DNA from: the human T2T-CHM13v2.0 reference genome, Homo sapiens
Assembly (NCBI RefSeq): GCF_009914755.1
Contig: NC_060930.1
Length of the DNA: 64,000 bases
Strand: one strand, 5' to 3'
A program made the translations under genes and the position numbers. Positions 27,761 to 42,721 of the stretch are shown in pieces; position 1 is the first letter of the stretch; each line of letters begins with the position of its first letter. The notes beneath the pieces were generated by a model that had not been told where the DNA came from, searched no databases, and worked only from the letters and a program-made list of their open reading frames with translations.

Positions 27761-29364
27761 CGTCAGAACCTTGACCTTATGGAAAAACAAAGCAATTCCA
27801 TGCACTATAATACGCCAAGAGAGTTTCCTAAAAAATCTGTGAAAGAAGGAAGAATTAAAGAAATCTATATTTCTCAGCTAAAGATATCCAAATTCAACTT
27901 CATTAACTCTAGAAGGGTCAAATCCCACCATATACTGCCAAATGAGGCATTGCTCTCTTTAAATTTACTCTTTAGTTTTAATAATATTTTATTCTATAGA
28001 TTTTGTTAAAACAAATTTCCCTAGATACGTTTTGATAGTAGATTCAGCCATTCTCCTCCTCTCTTCTTTTAAGCTGGGGAGCGGAATCACAAATTGCAGC
28101 ATCACTTCCATTAAGCCAGAAGCAGAGGCTTCCCATTTGATTTAGCACAGTTGCTCCACCCGCTGCCTGATTTCTTTTTTGACACTAACTCTTCCCCAGA
28201 TCCAAACCACACTACACTATGGAATTGTGACATGCTGAACATAAATTATGACATATATCCAGGAATCTGTAAGGATGAGAGACAAAGCTGCAGCTGTGCT
28301 TTGATGGGTGGATAGGATTTGAGAAGCAAGTTATCCTCAGGCAGAGTAAACAGACTCTAGCTAAAGTGGAGTGCTGACATGGGGGCAGGCTTGGCAGGTG
28401 GACTGGAGTGGGTAGAGTGAGGCAGGCAATGGGCCAGACTGTCAAGATTGGATGTCATACTCTAACCAATGAGGTGGCTCTGTAGGTATTTAAGCAGATA
28501 AAGTAAGGCATAATGAATATCATATTTCAGGAATCTTATCCTGGCAGGAATGATCAGAGACCAAAAGAACAATAAAGAGGCAGATGAAGTTCTCTAAATG
28601 TGATGTCCTCTTCCAGAGAGCCTGGAACCAGACAAAGACAGTGAGGAGGGAACAAGAGTCAAGAAGCATTATGAAGGAACATGACCCTCACAAGGCCTTT
28701 TATGTCCAGAATATCAAAAACCAAGCCAAACAAACAGAAAATAGTTTAAGATACTTTCCCTTTATTGTGGAGAAAATCTATCTTTCATAAGCATAACACT
28801 ATTAAAGATGTAGAACAAAAAATGTATATAAACTATTAGAAGAAGAATAAGAATGTAATCTAGAAAGAGACTAGTTATCATGAGAACTGAGCCCTGGAAC
28901 TAGGGCTGAGCCCATAAACAAACATGGGTAACTGAGATGGAAGATAGGGTCAAATGGCATTTCCTACACAGCCACTCAACTGCCGATGCAATTATTTTAT
29001 TATCAAAACACACATACAAAGTAAATAACAGCTGTCACATATTTTCATTTTGTACTGGAGACGACAGTGAGGACATGAAGACTAGAAAGCCCAGTTCAGG
29101 ACTGGAAACCCTGGAGTATGAGACAGAGAGTGCTCATTCAAAGTTTTACTCTCAAAAGAACCCTTAGATTCTACCACATCTAATTCCTCCTCAGCACTCA
29201 GGTGTTTGATTTTTATTACACAATGTGGCATTTGTCAGACCATCCCTAGGTTGTTTTGTCTCTTTACAGACGTTATACATTTCTTAGCAGCAGTATGTTC
29301 CCCTCTTCTTGGGGTTTTTATATCTCCACAGACAATTAACAAAGTGTCCGCACAATTTTTAAAT

Positions 29365-29990
29365 TTATTTATTTATTCATTCATTCCATTATCATTTAGT
29401 GAGTAAATACATGGATGCTGGGGAATGGAGGGGGAGGGAGGTGGATATGAAAAAGACACGTCATTACTTTCAAAGAGATTATAGTCCAAGAGAGGAGATA
29501 TGACATGTCTAGAAGGCAGTAGAAGGCAGATTATTCTAAATAGGGGTCCAAAGGAGAAATATAACTCAGCAATATTTTATGAAAGAGGTGGCACTCAATC
29601 TGGACCTTAAGCAGAATTTTGAAAAATAGGGGCAATGCATGCAGAAATAAATGCATAAGCACAAGCGTGGGGGCAGAAAAAGACAAGGCATTCACCGAAC
29701 AGTGAGTAGGCCAGTCTACCTAGATCACAAAGTTCAGGTAGGGGACCAACAAGAGAGAATGCGGGGAAGGTTATTTAGGGCCCAATTATAAATGACCTTG
29801 AGGAACAGCTAGGGCAGTGGTGGGTCTCCAAGTACTAACATGATCAGTGGTCTCTGATCATGGTCTGGGAGACATGGCAGACTGGGGAGGAAAATTTTCC
29901 AAAATAGGGAGAAAATTAAGATGCTGTTACAATCATCCAGGCTGAGGGACCTCCCAGGACACGGGCAATGGGGGAAAGAAGATCAAACGG
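29365..29990 (-). mobile_element. L2 fragment
   Basis: Reverse L2 tail ATTCATTCATTCCATT...GAGT, followed by purine-rich antisense L2 body. Confidence 0.55.
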
Positions 29991-30016
29991 GTGAAAGCAC
30001 AGAAAATCACATCTTG

Positions 30017-30300
30017 GGCTGGGCATGGTAGCTTGCGCCTGTTATCCCAGCACTTTGGGAGGCCGAAGCGGGTGGATCACCTGAGGTCATGAGTTCAAGA
30101 CCAGCCTGGCTAACATGGCGAAACGCTGTCTCTACTAAAAATACAAAAATTAGCCAGCCGTGGTGGTGGGCGCCTGTAATCCCAGATACTAGGGAGACTG
30201 AGGCAGGAGAATTGCTTGAACCCAGGAGGCAGAGTTTACAGTGAGCCGAGACAGTGCCACTGTACTCGAGGCTGGGTGACAGAGCAAGACTCTGTCTAAG
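30017..30300 (+). mobile_element. AluS whose tail has expanded into a GAAA array
   Basis: Full dimer; degenerate TSD GAAAATCACATCTTGG / GAAAGTCACAGCTGGG. Confidence 0.95.
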
Positions 30301-30318
30301 AAAGAAAGAAAGAAAGAA

Positions 30319-30365
<47 letters not shown>

Positions 30366-30391
30366 GAAAGAAAGAAGGAAAGAAAGAAAGA

Positions 30392-30428
<37 letters not shown>

Positions 30429-30438
30429 AAGAAAGAAA

Positions 30439-30514
<76 letters not shown>

Positions 30515-30587
30515 AAAAAGAAAAGAAAAAGAAAGGGAGAAAGAGAGAACGAAGGAAGGAAGGACGGACGGACGGAAGGAAGGAAAG
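30298..30587. repeat. Compound (GAAA)n/(GA)n/(GGAA)n microsatellite, ~290 bp
   Basis: Directly visible; no T on the plus strand across the tract. Confidence 0.97.
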
Positions 30588-33453
30588 TCACAGCTGGGTG
30601 TTGAGAGTGATCATGAGTCTGGTCCTTGAAGGGGCACCCAAGCTACACCAGGAGTTTATTAACTGTCATCTTGCAGCCCCTCTGCAAATCTTGTAAACAG
30701 GGATAAACCCAATCCTGCTGATAACTCCCCTTAACATGTGAGCTCTCTAAGCCTAGGGGCTATTGGTTCTCTCACTATCTGCTCCCAACTCCTGTCTCCA
30801 GATCATTGCTGGAAGGGCAGGTCAACTCCCAACACATACCACCACCACCACAGATACCACACTGACACCACCACGTTCCTTTATCTCATTACATACTACA
30901 TGTGTTTTAACGATGTTTACATTTTAATCTTCCCCATTGAATCCATAAGCTCTCTGGGGTGAGGACGGTATCCTCAGGACTTAACACGTCTCATCACTCT
31001 CCTGCTTCTTTCTCCATCTACCCCCATCACCTTGGTGGGAATCATCCATCCATTCACTCATGCACTCACTCAATATCTGCTAAGGACCTCTAGGTGGCCA
31101 AGGCAATCTGGTTACCACGGGCAACATCTCCTATCCTCATGAATCTTATCTTTACTGCCCCAAAATGTCTTCCTTTTAGCATGTCGTTGTTGGTAGGTCT
31201 AATTTCACCTTCCTCATTTATGCCACTTTTTCTCATTTTTTCTTCTTATTGTTCTTTTCTTATTCAATAATTCCTGCTGCCTTACTTAGAAAACTAATGC
31301 GACTAAATCTAGCCATCCATTTACTTAATTTTTGTGAGATTTGTCATCTTTAAATTCTCACTATTAGGAATGCATTCTAAATGCCATGTATCAGTGTGTA
31401 TTATGATGTTATGATAGTAAACATCAATAAAATATTATACCTAAGATACCCACTTAAGTAAACAAACAAAAAGGTATACAATCCTATATCTGATTCCATG
31501 TACCTACTTTATCTACCATAAATATCTATTTTATACTGTTGTGCTCCAAAGCAAGGTAAAGGCCAAATAAGTTCTCTATAATGGCTTAGATAAACTGCAT
31601 TGGAAACAACCACTTTTGCCTATCCCTACTGTTAGTTCCCTTCCACCTCTTTACCCTTCTGCACACTGTCTCCTAAAATGTTCCCTTTCTCTATGCTCCT
31701 TTACCATGCATATTCACTCAGCAAGATTGTGTGTCCTTCATAGCAGACTTCACTATAACCTATTTGAAATAAGGCACTCTGGTTCCTCCTGAGACCCAGG
31801 ATAGAAAAACAGGATAGTGACAAATACATTTGGGGTTATAAGGAAGTTAATTAATGGAGAATAGTATGAACAGAATGTGATTTCATAAAGCAATCATGGA
31901 GAAACCCTGTTTGTAAAAAGGGATGGATGGGCAGAAGCCAACAGTCCCTGGACACCACTGTCTGCCCCTTGCCTTAGTCATATGCCAAGAGAATAAAAGG
32001 GCAGAAATTGTGGCCTTGAGGCCCTATGACCAACGACATCTTATAATTCCTCTCTAACAGGTTAGCTTTGCCTCCCCAACTAGACCCTAGTCGCTTAAGA
32101 ATTCACCTATATTACTTCATTGCACATCATAGTATTTAACTAAATGCAAGAGTTAGTAAAAACCAAACTACAGAGGCCTCACCCCACTGAGTAAAATGTT
32201 TTCTAAAATAATAATCTGAGATTCATTTATGAAAACCATCTAAAAAGATTATAAAGGTCTACTCTAATAATCTCCTAAAATTTCAACAGGAGAGGAAGAC
32301 TAATCTCAAATTTATCCATGAACAGGAAATACAAATAAACCTATCTAATATAAGACTTTCTAGGAAGATAACCTAAATTTTTCTGGCAAAATGCATTAAA
32401 AATTTTTGTTGTTAATGGTCAAGGATTACACATTTGGGTGTTACATATAAAACATGAAATGAAGGAATAGCTATACCAATAGAAGTGCTATGTATAAAGG
32501 GATAACTATGCTTAAGAAATTATTGACCCTTCTGATATCTGTGACTTAAAAAGTCAGTCTCTCAGCATAGTAGTCACTGGTATATTTTTGAGACCAGAGA
32601 AAACCTTTGCAAAGGAAGAGTTTCTACCTTCACCAAAAGGAAGCCAGATTGCTGGCAATGAAAATTAAGAGGGTTCTGTGGGATTATTTAAGGTAACAGA
32701 TGTGGAATAAAATCTGCAAGTGTTACAGTGTGTCTGTAGCAAGTGATTAAATACTTTCAGATTTCAGAAGCATACAGTCTTCTGTAGGCACTGTTACTAC
32801 TGAATTATATAGTGTATTGGTTATTACTGACTAGGGAAAAGGCAAGAGGAGGGCAGGATGACATGATAAAACAGGATGGCACGCACTTTCTGTAATAAAT
32901 GTAACTACAAACATGCCAGTGAGAAGTTTAAAAGGAAACTCTGGAATGAGGAGGCAATTTATTCATGATTGACATGACGAAACCATGGCAAGATAACATC
33001 CAACTTGTGTTAATGTAGCTATAACTAGTTTTATTAAAATAGAAAATATTGCAGCAATTTCTAGCAGATAAAGTCTTTGAAATAAATTCTATAAACTCAG
33101 GTTTTCTAATTCAGCAGAACTATGAAAAATACATTGCTATTTTCATAAGCATAACAAATGTCATAATAATAAAATACAACTGTCATAATGGTAAGATTGC
33201 CACCATACAGCAGCACAGTAGCTATGGGCAGAATCTTTGGAAATTAACTGTAATATTTCTTACAATTTTTCCAAAACCATTCAAAACAATTTTATTTTGA
33301 CCTCTCCTGTCCCAAGTAATACCTTTGTAACTGAGTCATTCATTAAGTGGCCATAATATAATCAAGTCTAAAATCATTCCTAAGGGTATCTCATAGCAGA
33401 AAGGGACCTAAAGTTTCATCTATTAATGCAGACAAACTGGACAAACTGAGTGG

Positions 33454-34023
33454 TGGTTAACAGAGCAGGAGCACCATCATCTCGGACAAACACCGCCACT
33501 TTAAGTTCCAGCTCCTTTTCTAGCCTTATGCATTTCAAGGAAATCACTTTCCTTCTAACTACAAGCAGCCAGAAAGAGCAGACAGTAAAATACAGATAAG
33601 ACAGCTTGGGCACAGAGGGAGGTGGTGGGAAAGTCTCTTGGGTAACTGCCAAACTTTACCCTCATACAATGGGCCCCAGTAAAACAGGGGGCCTTAATAA
33701 GCACATTCCTTTTCCTTCAGGTTCACTAAGATAGGGAAGCTAAAAGCAGACTCAGGAGGATGCCTGCAGCTGCATGAAGATGTATGGGAGCAGACATACA
33801 ACTCTCCCTCCCAGATAAGCACAACAAAGAGACACAGAAGCAGTCCAATCCTCTAATAAACTCTCTCACCCTGAATCCTTAAAAACTCTTAGTCTGTAAG
33901 ACAGTGTGGCTCTGACCTAACTCAGCCAGAAGTCCCTCTCAGGTTCATTTTCTAAAATAAACCTGTCCTTGTTGACTGGAGAGCCACCCTTCATGTTTCT
34001 CTCCTCTTTCTTTAATTCTTACA
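33454..34023 (+). mobile_element. Solo ERV1 LTR, MER41-family-like
   Basis: TG...CA termini, 4-bp TSD GTGG (33450-33453 and 34024-34027), AATAAA near 33956, 570 bp. The subfamily is from memory only. Confidence 0.8.
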
Positions 34024-35852
34024 GTGGTAGCAAATTACAATTTGTGCATGTCTTGCATATTAGTATAAGGGTGCCTAAATAATTCCAAAAAGCAGTGTTA
34101 CTGTCAGCCATTTGTTAGGTATGTTAGAAATCTAGATATGCCTAATACATATTAGAGCAAAAAGCCTAATGTATAATAGTGATAGAATCATTAAACCACC
34201 ATTTATGTAAGTAGCTAAAGAGGCACAAGACATTACCCTATGAGTCCAATTTTGCTTTTGCTCTGGAAACTGCCTCTTGAAAATTTTGATGAGAATTTGC
34301 ATGCCAAAAATATGTAAATATGTAGATAACAAAAAAGACTGCCATCTTATTTTTGAAAAAATGGACAGAAATATTTAAAATTAAATACAATTAAAAGCTT
34401 TATCATTTAGTCACTAAAAGGGAATTTATTTTGCAGCTATTAACACAGAAAGGAGAATCTGATATGTGTGTCAATAACTACTAAAAGTAAGCTTTAAAAG
34501 TATAATTTCCAACTAAATCCATAATGATCAGAATATATTTATGACAAGAAAAGATACAAGCAACAAAGGATAAAACATTCTATCCATTCTTCCTCTACAG
34601 TCCCTTTTATTTCAGGAGAGAACTTCAGTTTAGATCTTCATAGACTCATGCCAGACTATTAAAATTTGTCCCCTAAATAGTTTTCCTTGCTTCAATCACA
34701 TTAATCCTCTCATTTCCTGTTCAAAACCTTTACTAGTTCTCAAAAAAAAAAAACAAACTCTAAACTCTTTGGCCTAGCATATAGTTGGTACCAATCTATG
34801 TTTCCAAACATACCACTTCTTCTTTGCTCTCATTAAATGACACCAACCCTCCTCCACTCCACCTCCAGACCCAATCACATTAACAATTTATTCCTGCATT
34901 TCCTCATAATCTTAGGCTTCCTGAAGTCCCCTCTCCTCTCCCTTATGCCCATATACCTGAGTTCTACCCTCGACGCTAGGTCTTTCACAACACTTTCCTC
35001 AGCTAGGCCAGAGTCCATATTGCTTACACCACCAGCAATGTCCTTTGTATACACCATCTCCTAGACAATAGTTATTCTAGTATATAATTTATGACTTCAT
35101 CTGTACTGCGAAACTTAAGGATATTTCTTTTACCACTTCCTTATAGTCTAGCACTTTTTAATCCAACCCCTAACTCCCAACTATTTTGATGGCCAGAGAA
35201 GTATCTTTTTAATGCAGGTATTCAGCTAGCATCTGTTAAGTCAAAAACACATAATAGCAATGATGCATGAAAATTAAAAGTGAATTATTCCTTAACAGTA
35301 TACAAACAATTTGGACCAGATAAGATTTTTGAGAAGCTAATTTAAAAAAAATTTTGAGAATTTAGAATCCAAGATGGAGGACTTCTAAGTTGCTTCTTCC
35401 AACAGAAACGGTGATGAGTTTGCCCTGGACAACATGCTTTTCCAGTGTGCCCCAGAGGAAACTCTCAGCCTATGACAATTCACTGTAAATGCCTGCTCAC
35501 TTGTCTGTCTATACCACCCAGGATAGCATGTTCCATTTCTGATCTCTAGGTTATCAACAACCCATGCAGTAGGAACTCATCAATGATTGATTTAGCACCA
35601 TGATTATCTAAACACAATTAAAGAATAACTTTAACTAGGTGCATAAATGTTAAGTAAACTTAATTTACGACTGTGCAATTTCAAATGAGACGTATGGTTG
35701 AAATTCTAAGGACTAGTTTATATAAGCATTAACCACAATAACAAATACACAAACTTCAAGATAAATCTTATGTGGACATATGTGTGTGCATGTGCATTTC
35801 ATAGAACATTTCTAGAAGAAAGAACAATTTTGGAGAGAAAAAATGAAAAATG

Positions 35853-36160
35853 GGCACTTGGGAGGCTGACGCAGGAGGATGGCTTGAAGCCAGGAGTTCA
35901 AGACCAGCCTGGGCAACAAAGTGAGACTCCCATGTCTACAAAAATTAAAAAAAAATTTTAAAAATTAATGGGGCACATTGTTGTGTGCCTGTAGTGCCAG
36001 CTACTTAGAAAGCTGATACTACAGGGAAGTATTGCTTGAGCCTAGGAGTTTGAGGCTGCAGTGAGCTAGGATCTTGCCACTGCACTCCAGCCTGGGCAGC
36101 AGACTGAGACCCTGTCTCCAAAAATAAATAAATAAATAAATAAATAAATAAAATAAAAAA
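35853..36160 (+). mobile_element. AluJ (5'-truncated) with (TAAA)n tail
   Basis: GGAGGATGGCTTGAAGCCAGGAG...TTGCTTGAGCCTAGGAGTTTGAGGCTGCAGTGAGCTA. Confidence 0.9.
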
Positions 36161-36647
36161 TTAAAAAAGAAAATTTTCTACTTTCTACTCATCTGTGTTC
36201 CTTTTCTTTAAATCATAGAACGTGTATAACTTTCCAGTTAACTCCTTTCTGCCCACCCTCACCACATGGAAGGGGTAGTCTAATGGTAGTTATAACATTT
36301 AGCATCCTGTTAGAGTGAACTAATAGAAATGTTAGATGTTAAGAGCTGAGTAGGAAAGAAAACAAAGACTAGACAGTGAGGATTTGGGGGTCCAATAGGG
36401 AGACTTTATTTTTGTGGCTTAATTTCTATATAACAATAGACAAACTCCTTCTACTTAGTACCTCCTAATTTAAATTCTTCTTTCATCTATGTGTCCAACA
36501 CATCTATATATTAAAGGAGAGAACTACCCATAGCCATAATCCATCTTTCCAAGCAGTAAAAATAAACCATAAAACTCTCTTGCCAAGGTACAAGATAGCA
36601 ATAAGAAAAGCTTCTCATTAGATGTTCCATAAAAAGAAGCAGCTCCT

Positions 36648-36940
36648 GGCCAGGCATGGTGGCTCATGTCTGTAATCCCAGACTTTGGGAGGCTGAGGCG
36701 AGCAGATTGCCTAAGGTCGGGAGTTCAAGACCAGCCTGGCCAGCATGGTGAAACCCCATCTCTACTAAAAATACAAAAATTAGACGGGCGTGGTGGCAGT
36801 GCCTGTAATCCCAGCTACTCAGGAAGCTAAGGCAGGAGAATTGTTTGGACCCAGGAGGCAGAGGTTGTGGTGAGCCGAGATTGCACCACTGCACTCCAGC
36901 CTGGGCAACAGTGCGAGACTCCATCTCAAAAAAGAAGAAG
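36648..36940 (+). mobile_element. AluS
   Basis: Full dimer; TSD AAGAAGCAGCTYCT at 36634-36647 and 36941-36954. Confidence 0.95.
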
Positions 36941-37392
36941 AAGAAGCAGCTTCTTCTCTGCAGTGACTTTGACTAAAATATATATTTTATAAGTTAAGTG
37001 CTCAGTACTTATAATGGAAGTTGTACACTGAAAAACATCTGGGCATCACACATCTACTCTCCTTTCTTTTGCCAGAGTAAAGAAACCTGATCTTCTGTGG
37101 AAGACCATGTGACATAAGTCTCTTAGAGGCAGAGACCATGTTGTGCTCATCTTCATACAACAAGCCACTAAAATAATCTAGCAAATAGTAGCCTCTTAGT
37201 GACCACTGGTTCAGTGAACAACATTTTCTCAAATAGTATACACTTATAGATATCAACAGAATAACATAACTCTGACAAATAAGAAAACAATAGTTTCTAT
37301 ACCTACTGGATTGTCATTTTTACTTACAAAATATATTTAAAAATAAATGACAAAGGCCACCTTGATGAATAAGTGACTCAGAAACCAGTTTG

Positions 37393-37702
<310 letters not shown>

Positions 37703-38503
37703 TCCAGTTTGGTTTTATACTAGCCCAGGAAGCATTTGCTGAGCTACTCTAGTGAACTGCAGGAGGTATGAGATGATGCTATTAAAAGAGAAGGTTGGAG
37801 GTGAGGTGGCCACAGGATATTGGGAGTGGGTAATTCTCAGTCCTGTCCTACTTCCTTCAGGCCAGGAGAGCTGTGTACACACCTTGACACAGTCTAGTTT
37901 ATATGTCTGTGACTGAACAGAAAAATAATTTTTTTTTCTTCCAAGAACCAGGAATCCTATTTGTACCTTGCAGTGTTTCTGGAATACTTCTTGGGGTCTC
38001 ATCTTCTCTCTACCTTGCAAAGATGAGCAGAATTTGCTTTTCCTACCATTCCTGCCATCTGGAAGACCCTCTTTATTTCATTCCTTCTAGTAAATAGCCA
38101 GTCTGTGTTCAAATTGCATGGGAACATGCATCCTTGATCCTTTGCCTCCCCCTCTTAATTTTCTTCTTCTTTAGTTCCTGTCCCAAGATGCATTTTTCTA
38201 CATCGAGCTCTTGTTTCCTGTATTTTGTTATGCTGGCTACATCATGGTCACTCACTGGGTGGGAGGGAAATTCAGGATCAATCTCCTCAAAATCACAAAG
38301 AAGTTATAGTTCTGACAACAACCAGACTCTCATGACCTTTATATTAATGCAGTAAACCACAAAATTATTTCAAAGTTATACTAGCAGTTATTTTAAAAGG
38401 AGGCAGATAGTTTAGAGAACCTTCCAGATTTATAGAAGTTTTAGTTATTAAAACTAGATAATTCATTCCAAATAGTTTTAATACTTTCTCAACTTCAAGT
38501 TCA

Positions 38504-38770
<267 letters not shown>

Positions 38771-39242
38771 TCATGCATACTCTCATCAGGAATGATAGTA
38801 ATCCGAATTTGAAAAGAAGGCAAGCAAAAGTTAGCCCTATAACTAGCTTCCACAAGCACCTGGATTATTCTAGCAAGGCCTAACATTTAACTAGTGTGCT
38901 GATAATAATGTATTTTTCATTTTTTTTCGTTAAGTGGAAAATAAACACATAATTCAAATTCTCTGAACTTCTGTGAGCTCTTTGATGAGATATGAATTAA
39001 ACAACCTACTCTACAGGTTTCTTATGTGGGGTGGTTATCTGATACTACCAGATTATTGGTAGCATGTCTACCACCAATATAAGGAGAATGTCTACTTTCA
39101 GCTGTTCTAGGATCAATCATTCTGGTAAACATTCAAAGCATTTTTAAAGTTAGCTAACTAGTTTAAGCAGGATTATAAATAGTTAAAAATTCCTCTCAAC
39201 AGGTTAGTTCAGTTCCTTTAGGTACATTTTACCACCGTTCTT

Positions 39243-39430
39243 TCCATTCCTTCGTTTATTCAATAAATATTTATTGAGTTCCTAATATACACCAGACTTT
39301 GTGCTACAATACAGGGGGATGTAAGAATAAATAAGATACCTATAAACCCTGCCCTTGTGTGGATTATAATATACTGGGGAGAAGAAACAGTAAACAAATA
39401 AACATATATAATAACTGCAGACTGTGGTAT
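39243..39430 (-). mobile_element. L2 3' end fragment
   Basis: TATTCAATAAATATTTATTGAGTTCCTAATATACACCAGAC...CCCTGCCCTTGTG. Confidence 0.65.
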
Positions 39431-39962
39431 GAAGCTTATCTTAGGAAGCTCATTGCAAAGGTATACTTGAGATATCTAGAGCCTGAAGATGACAGCCTTG
39501 GCCTGCCCATAGATACAACCTCTGCTGGCTTCTAGACAGCAGCGAGTCTCATCGGACTCCTCAGTTTTCATAAGAGGATATTAACCCTTTCCACTGGCAG
39601 CCAAAATAAAATGTTTTAGAGTCTTCTTTATGAAGACTCATGGGAGAATTTTCTCTCAGGTACCAGAACTCGCTGGGCTGCCCCTCGGTAATTGATTTAT
39701 TTTGATCTCTTGAACACTGTGAATCATATAGCTCCTCACGTTTCCCTCTTTGCACTAAAATCAAAAGTCCCCAAGCCCTGAGTCTGATTTATAATCACTT
39801 CTAGCAAGTGTACAAAGTCCTCACGGCATGCACTTTGTGCAACAAACTCCACTGGCTTCTTTTATTTTTCTTATTTTTCACTTTCTCTGATTCTCTAATG
39901 GGTTTGCCTTTTAAAATTTTTTACATGCATTTTTAATAGTCTTTGGATTGAGAAGCATATAA

Positions 39963-40264
<302 letters not shown>

Positions 40265-40407
40265 TAAAACCTGATAAATTAATAAAATCATATATGTAAA
40301 AGTGACTGGCACATTCCATGGATCAGCAAATATTCATTTATCTTCTTTTCTTTGTCCCTATTGGTTCTTCTATAGCAAGATCAGGCAAAAGCAAAAATAT
40401 AATTCAG

Positions 40408-40600
40408 TACTTGAAAATCGCTAATAGAGTAGATTTAAAGTATTTTCACCACACACACACACACACGCACACATAATGATGAATATATGAGGTAATGCAC
40501 ATGTTAGTTTGATTTAGATTTTCCACAATGTATACATACATTGAAACATCATGTTGTACATCACAGATATTCATTTTTTACTTGTCAATTTAAAATGGAC
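40408..40600 (+). mobile_element. Short L1MA 3' end with internal (CA)n
   Basis: TTGAAAATCGCTAATAGAGTAGATTT...TTCCACAATGTATACATAC...AAACATCATGTTGTACA; 14-bp TSD AAAATATAATTCAG at 40394-40407 and 40601-40614. Confidence 0.85.
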
Positions 40601-42183
40601 AAAATATAATTCAGACAAGGAGTCTCTTAAGTGAGTAAGAATAGAAACCAGCTAAAACAGCTGCAACAATATCACTGCCACCAAACACAGGGCAATGATG
40701 TATATCAGCAAATTACGATGGCTTACTATCAAATAATCCATCCACTCAATGCAAGCTTTCTTTTAAAAAAATGTTCTTCTACATAAGCAGTAAAAATTTA
40801 GAAAGTGAACCTGCAGTTTGTCTTTCAGGCTTGGGAAGTCCGATCTCATCACTGGTCTACTTTTTAGCTCTAATCAACTCCAAGGACCATATAGACTCTG
40901 AGCACTCTGTCAGAAATGCAATATCCTCCAAAATGTGGCTCCCACTTATTTTTCTGACAATATTTCAAAATTTCCCTTCATCTACCCCTTGCTTCATCCA
41001 AACAGTTGTCCCTGAATTGACTTTAAACTCTCTTGGTTCTTCTTAACCTGTAAAACTCTTCTTAACTCCCACTTGCCTCTATGAAGCCCTTCCTGACTGC
41101 TAAAGCTATTTATTCAATACATATTTACTGAGTGTCTCTTCTGTATGGGGCCCTGTTCTGGGGGCAGGGAGACATCAATGAGCACAAGGACTAAGTTCCT
41201 ACCCCTCATGAAGAAGGTACCAGGGCCAGTTCCTGAGTATTTTGGGGAAGGAACAAGAACTATCCTTTTCCACCTCTAGCCTTACTTTTCAAGTGATTAT
41301 GTCTTATCTTTCTCAGTGGATTCTAAGTCCCTAGAGGACAAGAGTTAAGAGATATTTTATTATATTCCAATGGTCATTTGCACAGTATTTCACATAGAAG
41401 GAAGAGGCAGAAGACAACAAGGATGAAACTAAGAAAGATTGTTTTCCCCAGTGACCACTAATAACTTGCAACCCAATATCCTTTCTGCATGAGAAAAAAC
41501 TCAGATGGGCTGTGAGTCCTCTGACCTACCTGCCATTAGACATCAGTGAGCCAAGTTAACTGGACTCTAACAGGAGGTAGAGCCTCCACTCTTGGGCATT
41601 TCCTGTGTCAAATGCACTTCCGTTCATTGGACAATAGTCCAGTAGACATTTAGTTCCTGCTTGACAGGATCTAGACAGACAGTAAGAATTGTGCACCCAT
41701 GAAAGTTTGGCCAAATAACTTGGTAAACCCATTCCTAATGCTGCATCTCAGCCCAGGGATTTTATGGCTATAAGCAGTGAATAAACAAGGATTTATTTTT
41801 CTCTTGCACACTTTCAGACCCCACCCCCCTCCCACCCCCCGCCCAGGGTACGCATCTCACTGTTGAAGAAGTCTTACCAAAATTTTTACATGGCTTCTAA
41901 TAACAGAAATACTTCAAATTAAATAGGTTTAAATAACATTTTAAACCAAGACATGGTTTTAAATTTCACATATTCACATGAAAACTAAAAAATATAAGAA
42001 GAGTTATACAAATACTCTTAATACAAATATCAATGCTTTGGTACACATTAAAAATACAAAAATAATCCACCAAAATTTAACGGAAGACCATGATGGCAGG
42101 TTGATTGATCAGTGGTTTAAGCTAACCTCTGCTTCTATGTATAGGCCTCAATTTCTTTTTTGTAACTCATATGGATTTGGTGA

Positions 42184-42502
<319 letters not shown>

Positions 42503-42721
42503 TTGGATTTGGTGAAGTTTAGATGAAATATTCTGTGAAAAACTCAAAGCACAGTGCCTAGAACATAGTAAATGCTCAATAAATAGTATCATATCCTACC
42601 TTCCAAACTGTGTGACAATTTTTGGCACCTGCTTTCCCCAGAACAATAGTTTCACTTTGGTAGTGATTACAACACATTTCATTATAAAAACCTTTTGCTG
42701 TATTTCTTTCCTTTCTATCCC

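Noticed and set aside
30007-30604. 194-aa F/L/S-rich and 116-aa K/E/R-rich ORFs
   Set aside because: They are translations of the GAAA microsatellite plus Alu.
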